A stretch of DNA of 34,158 bases. Origin: a virus (lineage: Duplodnaviria > Caudoviricetes). Shown here in pieces: positions 17,791 through 27,263 of the stretch. A program made the translations under genes and the position numbers. Below the pieces are notes generated by a model that did no database searches, was not told where the DNA came from, and was given only the letters and a program-made list of their open reading frames with translations. The stretch is taken from IMG/VR virus record IMGVR_UViG_3300020044_002209, positions 1 through 34,158 of that record; one strand, written 5' to 3'. Within the stretch, counting starts at the first letter, position 1, and each line of letters opens with the position of its first letter.

Positions 17791-18606
17791 CTATGCCGTG
17801 TAAGTGCCAGACGCTGTATAGGTCAATATTGTATTCGCACCACTAGTCGTAACAGTTGGTGAGCCAGTAGTTGCGCCAGAATAGCTTGTGGTTGGAATTG
17901 ATAAAATTACAACACCCGATCCACCACTTCCTGCGGTCAAAACAGACCCCCCGCCACCGCCACCGCCTGAGTTTGCTGAACCTGATGTTGGGCTTGTTGA
18001 ACTTCTCAATTCTCCATTACCACCGCCGCCCGTACCGCCTGTGCCTGCTGTACCCGCACGATCACCACCACCGCCACCGCCTGCATAAGTAACTGACGAT
18101 CCAGTAATTGATGATGCTGTGCCATTGCCGCCATTGCCTGCTGCATTTGGCACAGCCGTTGCAGTTCCACCGACAGCACCATTACCGCCACCGCCGCCTG
18201 CTGCAAATGCTGTTGCGCCGTTACCGCCGGCATTGCCTTGTGTTGCGCTGCCACCTAATCCACTTAAAGCGCCACCGCCGCCGCCTGATGCACCGCTGTT
18301 ACCGTTTACACCATACGATCCACCGCCGCCACCACCTACCGCAGCAGTTAATGCGGCAAATTGCGAGCTTGAACCGTTTGATCCATTTACAGAACCCGAT
18401 CCTGCACCGCCACCGCCCACCGTAACTGTGTAGGTTTGTAATGGGGTTAAAGTGGTTGTGCTAGACACTAAACCGCCTCCCCCACCTCCACCGCCACCAT
18501 CGCCAGACCCACCAGCACCGCCTCCACCACCGCCCACCGCCAAATAAGAAACAGAATAAGACGGTTTATTTAATGCGGTTTGAAATAGGGCGTGGTAAGC
18601 AAACAT
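17791..18606 (-). CDS. Glycine-rich fibre/receptor-binding-like protein
   Basis: Start MFAYHAL at 18606 (TAATG overlap); YLAVGGGGGG...GGSGVVILS domain paralogous to the C-terminus of 2391..3947. Confidence 0.8.
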   Translation of the reverse strand: MFAYHALFQTALNKPSYSVSYLAVGGGGGGAGGSGDGGGGGGGGGLVSSTTTLTPLQTYTVTVGGGGAGSGSVNGSNGSSSQFAALTAAVGGGGGGSYGVNGNSGASGGGGGALSGLGGSATQGNAGGNGATAFAAGGGGGNGAVGGTATAVPNAAGNGGNGTASSITGSSVTYAGGGGGGDRAGTAGTGGTGGGGNGELRSSTSPTSGSANSGGGGGGGSVLTAGSGGSGVVILSIPTTSYSGATTGSPTVTTSGANTILTYTASGTYTA

Positions 18607-19814
18607 TAGTATGTGTACCCTTGCGAAACTGTGCCGTACCAGTTTGTTCCATCTGCAACAAACGCAATAATGTCCATTTTGCCAAGTGTTGCAGTAATTG
18701 TTGGTGCGCCATAAACGCCCCATTTGACGTTTGTAAATGTCGCAGTTGTAGGCGTTCCTGCGGCTGGCTGTTTGAGCAACAAGGTAAAAGACTTACCGGC
18801 GGTAGCTGTTGGCATCGTAAACGTGCAGGCCGTGGCTGACGTTAATGTGGCAGTCAATACTGTCCCTGCTGTAATTGCCAACGTAGCAGATGCACCAACT
18901 GTGCCACTTGCAACAATTGTTTCGGTGTAAGCAGTCGGTGTAAAGCTAGTTGATGAAGTAAGCGTTGTAAATGCGCCGCTGCTTGGGGTTGTTGCACCAA
19001 CTGTACCGTTAATGTTAATTGATGCCGTACCGGTCAAGTTAGTAACTGTACCGCTTGATGGTGTGCCTAAAGCGCCACCACTTGTTACTACACCAGTAAG
19101 ACTTGATCCTGAACCGACAAAAGATGTTGCTGTGATGGTTGTGCCGGTAATAGCTTTTGGCGTGGTTGCACCGATAGTCATATTGTCTATCGTGCCAACA
19201 GAAGTAGGATTTACTTGAATTGAGCCAGACCCAGACGGATTGATGTGAACATGACCCGTACCTGTTGGGCTTATGTCAATTTGAGCGTTTGTACCGTTTA
19301 AATTGGTAGAAACATTGACAGAACAATTATCACCACCGCCTGCGCCCATACTGATTTGAGTAGTGCCGGCTAAGTTTTTAAGCGCCAAGCCACCTGAGTT
19401 TGTAGCTTGAACAATTGGTGTTGTGACGCTAGTGGATGCCGATGCCGTGGTAAACGCACCTGTGCTTGGAGTCGTTGCACCAAGGCTTGGCACAGATGTA
19501 TTGCCTGCTGCGTCTTGATAGATGGCTTTTTCAGCAGGGTAGGTCACAAACACGGTTAACGTGCCACTAAATGACACGGCGCTGCCAGTAGACGATGAAA
19601 TTAACGTAGTACGAGCAAGCGTTCCCGCCCCCACTGTACCAACGCCGACTTCCCATGCGCCTGTATCGCTTTGAATTGTGTAATAACAAGTATTACCGTT
19701 GCCAATCCCTGCGCTAAATGTTTGGTAACCAGACACAGCACCAGCAAGCGTCAACGTGCCTGTGCCTGTCGTGGTACTTGTTTCCTGTACTCTATCTGCG
19801 AGAACGAGTGCCAT
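18606..19814 (-). CDS. Ser/Thr-rich fibre protein
   Basis: MALVLADRVQETSTTTGTG N-terminus, repeated GATTP(S/K)xGAFTT units, C-terminal FVADGTNWYG. Confidence 0.8.
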   Translation of the reverse strand: MALVLADRVQETSTTTGTGTLTLAGAVSGYQTFSAGIGNGNTCYYTIQSDTGAWEVGVGTVGAGTLARTTLISSSTGSAVSFSGTLTVFVTYPAEKAIYQDAAGNTSVPSLGATTPSTGAFTTASASTSVTTPIVQATNSGGLALKNLAGTTQISMGAGGGDNCSVNVSTNLNGTNAQIDISPTGTGHVHINPSGSGSIQVNPTSVGTIDNMTIGATTPKAITGTTITATSFVGSGSSLTGVVTSGGALGTPSSGTVTNLTGTASININGTVGATTPSSGAFTTLTSSTSFTPTAYTETIVASGTVGASATLAITAGTVLTATLTSATACTFTMPTATAGKSFTLLLKQPAAGTPTTATFTNVKWGVYGAPTITATLGKMDIIAFVADGTNWYGTVSQGYTY

Positions 19815-22138
19815 TATTGAACCACCTCTACGCCGATTGCTTTACCGTCTTTGCCACGAATAATGCGTTTAGGTGCTGCCATTACGCCAACAGCGCCATC
19901 AATTCGGTTCATTGCCTGACCGACCATATCTGCCATATTGCTATGCAATTCGTGCATTTTGCCCATTGCCATAGCTAAATTATCGCCTAGCTCTCTTGTG
20001 ACTTTCTGACTTGCGGCCTCTTGTGCCTCAAGTAACGGAATGTCCATGCCTGGGTTAGCACCGATTCTTGCCACCGTAATCTTAGTGGCCTGCTCAAGCT
20101 CAACTTTCCAACGCTCTAGCCGTTCAGCGTGATCCAGTTCGGCCTGCTTCATTTGCGCCAAATGTTGTTGTTTTTGCGCCTCAAGTGCTGCGTCGGCTTG
20201 CATCTTCATCTGAGCAATTTGCATCTCAGCTTGTGCTTTGGCTTGAGCAATTTGACCATCTGCCTGCACTCGCATTTGATCTGCTTGCGCCGTGGCTTGC
20301 ATCCGCATTTGTTCCGTTTGGGCTTGCGCTTGCAGTTTCATCATCTCAGGATCAGGAGGTGGTGGAGTGGGATTTGCCGCCATTTGCTGCTGTTTCATTT
20401 GCAATTCTTGCATCGCTTGGTCAATCGTACCCTCAATCGGTGCGGCTTTCTTATATGCGCCAACGCCAAACTTAACCAATTCAATGAGCATCGGCACTAA
20501 CTCTGGCGCTTGTTGACCCATTGGCAACGCCTGCGTCAAGAACCCGCCCATTGCTTGCAAGAACTCAACTCGATCACGTTTGTTTTGTTGCTCGTCAATT
20601 TGCACCAGGCTATCTGAATCGACTTGGATGCGGAATGAGCGTAGCGGCTTGTCTTGAATTAACTGTAAAGCCTGTGGAATCAACGCTTGATCTGCCGGCT
20701 GCATGGCTTGAGCCGCTGCGTACTGGAGGATCGTGCTTGGCTGAAATTTAGTGCAAATAACTTGGGCTTTTAACTGGAATAGCTCACTCGCAAACAAGGC
20801 AACATCTTCTTGCATCGAGCGCAAGCGCAGTCCTGCATACTGACCCTTAATCTGTTGTGCCGTAGCGGTTTCACTAGCTGCTGTCTGTCCCCGAACAATG
20901 TCACTAATACCTGTAATTTCATAGATTTGGTTTTTGATTTCATCTCTTGCCCGATAGCATTGCAATAGAGCATTTGAGAGCGTATCCAACGGCAGCAAGT
21001 CAATTGACCCTCTTAAGCCGCCTTTCTCAGAAAACGCCATCCATTTATCAACAGGGATAAGTGTATTGTTATCGCCTTCAGTCAAAAGACGTTGCAAAGT
21101 GGGTTGTGATGCGTCATAAACTCCACGAACACGCAACGCTTTAACCAACCCGTCGATGCGGTCAGTCAGAATATCTAGCTCTGTTGCTTGATCTTGGTAC
21201 AGCACGAAGTCTGGCACAGGCACAAGCGTGTCGCTCGTCATCGTGGCGTACAAAGGTTTGGCACACGGAAAGAAATTCTCTAATCCTAGCGGATCGTCAC
21301 GCTCGTCTAATACCTGTGGACAACTCTTGCTAATCCAGTAAACTTTTCCGCTTTCTTTGTCCCAAATCTCGCAAATCTTAGCTCTTGTAAAGTCTTTGGA
21401 TTGAGTCGAATACTGCTTATTTGTTTCAGGCCCTGCATCCAAGGGAATCTTTTTAGCCATTTCCTCGCCAAATCTTTCAGCAAGGCTTTCTTTGGTCATA
21501 TACACCCAGCGCCAAACGCTTGTGACTTCTTCCCATGTTCGTGCAACTGAATGACCAAAGTCTTTCCAATGCACATAGTCGGTAGGCGCACACTCGTACT
21601 CAATTTCTTCTTGTTGCTCAACTTCTTGTCCCATAGCGCCATCAATGCCAGGCATTGCAGTTTTAACTTGTTGACCGTTTTCATCCACCTCGTCAACATC
21701 TTCAGTTATTTGCAGCCCATCTTCAGGAATGTCTTGCGCCCGAACGTGCGGCTCGTAACGAACCCATGCCACGCCTCGACCACCCAAAAATCTGTCCTCA
21801 ACTGCGTGTTTCATGGTCGATCTGAAATCGGTGTAATGCTCGATCTCAAAGTCCAAGGCACGTTCAATCAATTGTGAGGCAACACGGGCAACTGGGTCGT
21901 TATCGCCAAAGCGCCTAGCAACGTCTGCCTTTGGCAATCGAGCATATACGGCAGGAATCAGCGTTTGTACGTTAGACCACAAAATGTTGAATTTAGCGGT
22001 TTCGTTTGTGTTTTGATTGCGGTTGTCATCACGGTAACGCTTAACAATCTTAGTGGTGCGACCTTCCCACTTTTTGAATTCATTGTCATATTGGCTAATC
22101 GTATTTAGCCATTTTTGAACGCCAGTCAATGCTTCCAT
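19814..22138 (-). CDS. Portal protein with long Gln/Met-rich C-terminal coiled coil
   Basis: FNILWSNVQTL, GRGVAWVRYEP and YEITGISDIVRG..ETATAQQIK P22-like portal motifs. Probable start at 22138. Confidence 0.9.
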   Translation of the reverse strand: MEALTGVQKWLNTISQYDNEFKKWEGRTTKIVKRYRDDNRNQNTNETAKFNILWSNVQTLIPAVYARLPKADVARRFGDNDPVARVASQLIERALDFEIEHYTDFRSTMKHAVEDRFLGGRGVAWVRYEPHVRAQDIPEDGLQITEDVDEVDENGQQVKTAMPGIDGAMGQEVEQQEEIEYECAPTDYVHWKDFGHSVARTWEEVTSVWRWVYMTKESLAERFGEEMAKKIPLDAGPETNKQYSTQSKDFTRAKICEIWDKESGKVYWISKSCPQVLDERDDPLGLENFFPCAKPLYATMTSDTLVPVPDFVLYQDQATELDILTDRIDGLVKALRVRGVYDASQPTLQRLLTEGDNNTLIPVDKWMAFSEKGGLRGSIDLLPLDTLSNALLQCYRARDEIKNQIYEITGISDIVRGQTAASETATAQQIKGQYAGLRLRSMQEDVALFASELFQLKAQVICTKFQPSTILQYAAAQAMQPADQALIPQALQLIQDKPLRSFRIQVDSDSLVQIDEQQNKRDRVEFLQAMGGFLTQALPMGQQAPELVPMLIELVKFGVGAYKKAAPIEGTIDQAMQELQMKQQQMAANPTPPPPDPEMMKLQAQAQTEQMRMQATAQADQMRVQADGQIAQAKAQAEMQIAQMKMQADAALEAQKQQHLAQMKQAELDHAERLERWKVELEQATKITVARIGANPGMDIPLLEAQEAASQKVTRELGDNLAMAMGKMHELHSNMADMVGQAMNRIDGAVGVMAAPKRIIRGKDGKAIGVEVVQ

Positions 22139-22139
22139 C

Positions 22140-22751
22140 TTAGTATCTCGCAAAAATTACGTCACGGTTAACCCGCCCGACAATCTCGTAGCCCCAATCT
22201 TGGAGTAAGTTGATTGTGTCCTCGTCGGTGTATCCATAACGACTGCCCAAGCCTTTAAGCTCAAGAGTGATAACCGGATACGTCTTTTTAATGGTTTTCT
22301 CAGCCCCAAGCAAAGCTAAATGCTCATAGCCTTCAATGTCTAACTGAATAAAATCGCAGTTATCTACGCAAAAGGAGTCAATTGTTAGCACCCGAACGTC
22401 ATTACCGGCCTTCAACTGGTGCGCCCCAATGTTCTCAGGGTATGGGTGATCGACTGACGCTGTGCCAATTTTGTCACCAAATGCTGCCCAATGGTGTTCA
22501 ATGTTGGCGTGGCCTGCAACGTTTAGCAGCAATGCTTGGTAATTGGTTAAATCAGGCTCAACTGTAATGACACGCTCAAATTGCCCTGCCATCGTAGCGG
22601 GATAAACACCGATATTGCCACCGGCCTGAATGACTGTCCGAAACTGGTTCATGTGGGTATAGCTTACATTCAAGTCTGGTAGCTCGACCAAGAGTGCGTT
22701 AATGCAACACTCGTCTATGTCAGGAACTTGCCAGCCTTCAACCAATTTCAT
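22140..22751 (-). CDS. FkbM-family SAM-dependent methyltransferase
   Basis: IQAGGNIG, TVEP, TIDSF, DFIQLDIEGYE and PVITLE motifs. Confidence 0.88.
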   Translation of the reverse strand: MKLVEGWQVPDIDECCINALLVELPDLNVSYTHMNQFRTVIQAGGNIGVYPATMAGQFERVITVEPDLTNYQALLLNVAGHANIEHHWAAFGDKIGTASVDHPYPENIGAHQLKAGNDVRVLTIDSFCVDNCDFIQLDIEGYEHLALLGAEKTIKKTYPVITLELKGLGSRYGYTDEDTINLLQDWGYEIVGRVNRDVIFARY

Positions 22752-23328
22752 ACGGTATCCTTGTTTGTTCCCACGGTCTAGGTTTGCCGTGGAATATCAC
22801 CACCTTGGCATCGTCTAACCCTTTGGGCAGCACATCAGCCTTAAAACTCACAATCCCATCTGCAATATCCTGCCAATACGTCACTTTGTCCCGCATAAAG
22901 TGTTCAATGTAAGCCTGGTCACCACCCGCCGTATACATCTGTAATCCTGCAAACTTGTCGTACAAATCAACAGGTTTCGACCAATACATCATGCTACTTT
23001 GCATAGCTTTCGGGTTGTACTGACCCCTGTAAACGTCACGCATAATCACAAAATCGTGCTGCTTTGCCGCCTCAATCATCGCCGTACAGTCACCAGTCAG
23101 CACAGTATCTAGGTCAAAATACAGCGCACTTGGTAGCCGAAACAACTCCATCTTTGCCCACCAACCAACCCAATCATTCAGCAAAGGAATGGTTTTGCAC
23201 TCTAGCTCAACGTCTGACAAACACACAAACTTATGCGGTGGCAGATACTTGGCGCACATTTTTTGCAACGCATAAACGTGTGCCGGCTTGAAATCACCGC
23301 CAGACCGCAATACGCTTGCTACGATCAT
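22738..23328 (-). CDS. Glycosyltransferase, GT-A fold (GT8-like)
   Basis: FVCLSD, GWWAKMELF, YFDLD (DxD), GDQAYI and VIFHGKPRPW motifs. Confidence 0.85.
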   Translation of the reverse strand: MIVASVLRSGGDFKPAHVYALQKMCAKYLPPHKFVCLSDVELECKTIPLLNDWVGWWAKMELFRLPSALYFDLDTVLTGDCTAMIEAAKQHDFVIMRDVYRGQYNPKAMQSSMMYWSKPVDLYDKFAGLQMYTAGGDQAYIEHFMRDKVTYWQDIADGIVSFKADVLPKGLDDAKVVIFHGKPRPWEQTRIPYEIG

Positions 23329-23630
23329 GCGCTAAAAATGCCAACCGCCATCACACTAGCACCAGCGCCAGTTGTAACTTTCCAAGAACCAGACGCTGAG
23401 ATTGCCTCAATCGCAATAGAATATGCGCCTGCTGCTGTTGTCGCAGGAACAATCGCAATTGAAGTAGACCCATCAATAAGCGTAACTGTTCCAGTTGCAG
23501 GCGTTGCCACGTTCACAATTAACTTATGCACATAATCACCGACTGCGCCTGTGCCGCCTAGCACTTGTGCTGTTTGGCTTGCTGCAACGGTTTCGTATTG
23601 ATACTCATAAGGATTTTGTACGCCACTCAT
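23325..23630 (-). CDS. Small beta-rich hypothetical protein (probably structural)
   Basis: ATGA overlaps at both ends; A/T/G/V-rich. Confidence 0.75.
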   Translation of the reverse strand: MSGVQNPYEYQYETVAASQTAQVLGGTGAVGDYVHKLIVNVATPATGTVTLIDGSTSIAIVPATTAAGAYSIAIEAISASGSWKVTTGAGASVMAVGIFSA

Positions 23631-24961
23631 AATCTTCTACTCCGGTTTATTGTGTGGGTTGCCCACATATCATTCAAAGTTACTGTGTTCTCAGGCCCAA
23701 CAATTAGCGGTTTCTCAACGTCTGGCTGTTTAACCTTTGGCTCTAGCCTCCAAGCAATTGCAAGCATCCTAAACGCATCTGCTGGGTGGCTTGTCCAATC
23801 ATGCCGTGGCGTTTGCCTAAACGCTTTCTTGTCCTCGTCGTATTCCCGCTGATATTGCCGTAAAGCCTCTAGCCCATCGTGCGTGCGTTCAGCATCAAAC
23901 CAACATTGCGGCAACATCTGCCTGACCGCCTGAATCCCATCTTGCACCGACAAGTCTGGCACGATAGCCAGGTTATTAATGCCTAAAAACTCAGCCAATT
24001 GCTCAATTACAGATTTACCCGCTGCTGCTAGTGTTTTAGCCCTCGCATCGTGCGGTAAGTAATGTTTTGCGTATTTATACGGCTTTTCTACGACTATTTT
24101 AGCTATTTCTGCGACATTTGCACCACTTATTGCAAAATAATCAATGACGTGAATTTCGTTGCGTACCACCTGATACCACCAAATCGCCGTGTCATCTCGA
24201 TAACCTAAGTCCCAAGCCGTGTAAGTCGGTAGGTGCGGATCGTAATCAACACGCCTAACTTGACCGGCATCTGTGATCTTGCGTAAGTCCTCGCCATAGA
24301 AAGCGCCAAGGATTGCCGCCTCAAACGAACACTCGTATTCTTGTAAGAACTGGTCATCGCTGATCTGTGCGGCAGCTGCTCGTAGCTCTGTTTCAGGTAG
24401 TAGTCCAGACTCACTAGCTTTTAGAACAAGGTGAAACCATTCATTAGGCGTTTTCTTGGCTGTTTCAAATATTTGCCAAAACTGGTTCTTTCCCTTTGGC
24501 GTACCGGCGAACACAGCCCACCCCTGCTTGTCTGACAATGTTGGTCGAATGACGTTACCCCACACGCTAGGTCTGAAATCACCATATTCATCCATAAATA
24601 CGCCATCAAAGCCAAGCCCACGCATAGCATCTGCGTTGTCAGCCCCAAACAAGCGTATCTTGCCGCCAGTTATAAGCTCAATGGTCAGTTCGGCCTCGTT
24701 GGATGACGCAAGCACAGGCGCAGCAAAGTGTTTAAGGTAATCCCAAGCCACAGACTTAGCCTGGCTGCGGTAAGGTGCAATGTAAGCAAACAACGGTTGC
24801 TGGCTCTTGCACATCAAGCCTGCCCTGATAATGTCGTTAATAGCTGCGACAGTTTTGCCGGCACGACGATGGGCCACTAAGCACGCCCAACGTTCGCTGC
24901 GGTTATGAAATGATTTGAATACCCGTCTGGGTGAGTACGGCAGTATTAGTTCTCTGCCCAT
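23627..24961 (-). CDS. terL: Terminase large subunit
   Basis: Walker A HRRAGKT, Walker B GVFMDE, GTPKG coupling motif, nuclease motifs AWDLG..DDT and SHPADAFR. Confidence 0.95.
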   Translation of the reverse strand: MGRELILPYSPRRVFKSFHNRSERWACLVAHRRAGKTVAAINDIIRAGLMCKSQQPLFAYIAPYRSQAKSVAWDYLKHFAAPVLASSNEAELTIELITGGKIRLFGADNADAMRGLGFDGVFMDEYGDFRPSVWGNVIRPTLSDKQGWAVFAGTPKGKNQFWQIFETAKKTPNEWFHLVLKASESGLLPETELRAAAAQISDDQFLQEYECSFEAAILGAFYGEDLRKITDAGQVRRVDYDPHLPTYTAWDLGYRDDTAIWWYQVVRNEIHVIDYFAISGANVAEIAKIVVEKPYKYAKHYLPHDARAKTLAAAGKSVIEQLAEFLGINNLAIVPDLSVQDGIQAVRQMLPQCWFDAERTHDGLEALRQYQREYDEDKKAFRQTPRHDWTSHPADAFRMLAIAWRLEPKVKQPDVEKPLIVGPENTVTLNDMWATHTINRSRRL

Positions 24962-25275
24962 TTAACCACCAGGTCACGACCATCTGCGCCAGCAATCTCA
25001 TGGCGGTCTGTTTCTTTCCATCTAGCCCGAGTCTTTAGCCAAAAGATAGCCGCGGCTGTGTTTCCGTTTTTAGCCTGTTGAAACAATGTGCCTGCAATGG
25101 CTGAGTTAGCGTCAATTCTGCCTTCGTCGAGCTCAGTTTGGTAATACTTTGTCAGGGTATCGGCTGAAATTTTTAGGCGAATGGCAATATCCTCATGTGG
25201 GCAACCTAGCGCCGATAAACGCTTTGCCGTGTCCCTATCTGCTTGAGTTGGCTTGTGTTTTATACCTTGAGCCAT
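24946..25275 (-). CDS. terS: Terminase small subunit (HTH)
   Basis: HTH (HEDIAIRLKISADTLTKYY), GNTAAAIFWLKTRARW; directly upstream of TerL. Confidence 0.8.
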   Translation of the reverse strand: MAQGIKHKPTQADRDTAKRLSALGCPHEDIAIRLKISADTLTKYYQTELDEGRIDANSAIAGTLFQQAKNGNTAAAIFWLKTRARWKETDRHEIAGADGRDLVVKWAEN

Positions 25276-25276
25276 T

Positions 25277-26425
25277 TTATAACTCCGAAAGAACTGCTTT
25301 CTTGCCTGTAAAGTTTTCCCAACGCTTTACTATTACGTCACAGTAAATTGGGTCAAGCTCCATAACTCTAGCTTTACGACCTGTCTTTTCACAGCCAATC
25401 AAAGTGCTGCCGCTGCCACCAAAGTAATCTAAAACTATGTTGTTTGGCTTAGTGCTGTTTTTAATGGCTCGCTCACTTAATGCGACAGGCTTTTGAGTAG
25501 GGTGTTTGTACTTGGTGTCTTTAGCAATTTGCCATAAGTCAGATTCATTTTTTATATCCGGATCAATTAACCCGTCAAAGATGATGAATTCGTGCTGATG
25601 CCTATAGCCACGACCTAACCCAAAAACGTTCTTAGCCCATACAATGCAAGCCTTTGGTTTTAACTCTAACTGCATTAACCCGTAAAAAGCCCAGTTGCAA
25701 CAGATGTAATAGCTATTTGGCTTATTTACATTAAAGGTTTGCAGCCAATCCTTAATAAAGGCATCAAACTCATCTTTGGGTAAGTTGTCATTTTTAATCA
25801 CATCAAATTTACCGCTGCGACCATTAAAGGCTACGTTGTATGGTGGATCAGTAAACACCATATCTGAGCGTTGGCCTTCCATTAGCTTATCCACAGCATC
25901 AATGCTAGTGCTGTCACCACACATAAGCCTGTGGTTGCCCAATATGTAAACATCACCTAGCTTAGTAATAGGCTCTGGTGGCGGTTCAGGTACTTCATCC
26001 TCGTCTACCAAACCCTCGTTTATCTCTACAGGGTTTAGCAGCGCATTGAGCTCATCTGCGTTAAATCCTAGCAAGTCTAAACTAAACTTGTCTGCAAGTA
26101 ACTCGTTGAGCTCAATGGTTAGCAACTGGTCATCCCACCCTGCGTTCAACGCCAAACGGTTGTCGGCAATGATGTAGGCTTTCTTTTGCGTAGGTGTTAG
26201 GTCTTTGAGCTCAATGACTGGCACTTCTGTCATGCCTAGCTTTCGAGCCGCCATAAGCCTGCCGTGGCCTGCAATGATGCCTTTATCCCCATCTACTAAA
26301 ATTGGGTTAGTCCATCCAAACTCTTTAATGCTTGCCGCTATCTGGGCAATTTGTGCGTCATCGTGCGTTCTGCTGTTTTTAGCGTAAGGTATTAGCGCCG
26401 TGACTGCGACTTGTTCGATCTTCAT
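25277..26425 (-). CDS. ParB-like N-terminal domain fused to N4/N6 DNA methyltransferase
   Basis: SIKEFGWTNPIL, IIAGHGRL and ADNRL (ParB); HRLMCGDS, DPPY, HPTQKP and DYFGGSGST (beta-class MTase). Confidence 0.92.
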   Translation of the reverse strand: MKIEQVAVTALIPYAKNSRTHDDAQIAQIAASIKEFGWTNPILVDGDKGIIAGHGRLMAARKLGMTEVPVIELKDLTPTQKKAYIIADNRLALNAGWDDQLLTIELNELLADKFSLDLLGFNADELNALLNPVEINEGLVDEDEVPEPPPEPITKLGDVYILGNHRLMCGDSTSIDAVDKLMEGQRSDMVFTDPPYNVAFNGRSGKFDVIKNDNLPKDEFDAFIKDWLQTFNVNKPNSYYICCNWAFYGLMQLELKPKACIVWAKNVFGLGRGYRHQHEFIIFDGLIDPDIKNESDLWQIAKDTKYKHPTQKPVALSERAIKNSTKPNNIVLDYFGGSGSTLIGCEKTGRKARVMELDPIYCDVIVKRWENFTGKKAVLSEL

Positions 26426-26466
26426 TACTTACCCAATTGTGGTAGTTTAAGTATGAATAGTTTAGC

Positions 26467-26751
26467 CTACTTATTGCGTTCGCTAATATTCTTAGCCTTT
26501 GATCGGGCATCTTCTTTGCTGTTTGCGCCCCATGCTTTTAAGGCTAACGCTAATCTGGTTGGTTTACCGTCCTTTTCCATCGGCCCTGGCATATTGCCCA
26601 TTCGTGCAAGAAAACTAGCTCGGCGTGGGTTATCGCCTGACTTGACTGGTGGCTTGAGGTTCATGCCCTCTGCTTTGGCACTCGCTCTCCCTTTGGCATT
26701 TAGACCGCCAGCAGGGTTTTGCCCTTCTTTGCGTTGCCAAGCCGCTGTCAT
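26467..26751 (-). CDS. Small basic phage protein (DUF6321-like)
   Basis: AWQRKEGQNPAGGLNAKGRAS...RRASFLARM...ALKAW motif. Confidence 0.75.
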   Translation of the reverse strand: MTAAWQRKEGQNPAGGLNAKGRASAKAEGMNLKPPVKSGDNPRRASFLARMGNMPGPMEKDGKPTRLALALKAWGANSKEDARSKAKNISERNK

Positions 26752-26903
26752 TTCTTGTTGTCCTTAGCAGTCTTGGCTGATTCTTTAAAGTCTTTAGCCG
26801 TGGGTGCGCCTGGATCGCCTGGCTTTCTCATCTTCTCGCCGCTGCCTGCTTTGATGCGCTCTTGTTTAGCAAGAATATTGGCGTAGAGTCCAGGCTTATT
26901 CAT
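26748..26903 (-). CDS. Small basic protein, 51 aa (not in ORF track)
   Basis: Hand translation MNKPGLYANILAKQERIKAGSGEKMRKPGDPGAPTAKDFKESAKTAKDNKK*; ATGA overlaps at both ends. Confidence 0.8.
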   Translation of the reverse strand: MNKPGLYANILAKQERIKAGSGEKMRKPGDPGAPTAKDFKESAKTAKDNKK

Positions 26904-27256
26904 TTGAACGCCTTTAGCTTATAGAGGGTTGAATCGATCAAGTCAGCAATTTCGTCACAAATATTCTGTAATTCTGAATCTTTGGGCAATTCGTCACGAA
27001 TGTCTTTAACAAACGCTTTTACGCCTGTAATGTATTTAACAGGATCGGTGGCTAGGTGGAAGTCTTTGGGATAGCTCTTGATGATTGAGTAAGCGCCTTG
27101 ATATGCCTCTGCCCATTTATCAACTAGCTCAATGATCGTGTCATAGTATTCGTTCAGCGCAACGTGCTTGGAGTAACTGTCGGTCTGCAAGTGCATAAAG
27201 TGTGCGTTTGTCCCGCTGTGGAACAAAGTAGACACGAAAACGGCAGGATAATCCAT
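26900..27256 (-). CDS. Ferritin/Dps-like four-helix protein (DUF5856-like)
   Basis: HFMHLQT, HVALNEYYD, DKWAEAYQG and LQNICDEI..LIDSTLYKL; SD GAGG. Confidence 0.75.
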   Translation of the reverse strand: MDYPAVFVSTLFHSGTNAHFMHLQTDSYSKHVALNEYYDTIIELVDKWAEAYQGAYSIIKSYPKDFHLATDPVKYITGVKAFVKDIRDELPKDSELQNICDEIADLIDSTLYKLKAFK

Positions 27257-27263
27257 AGTGGCC

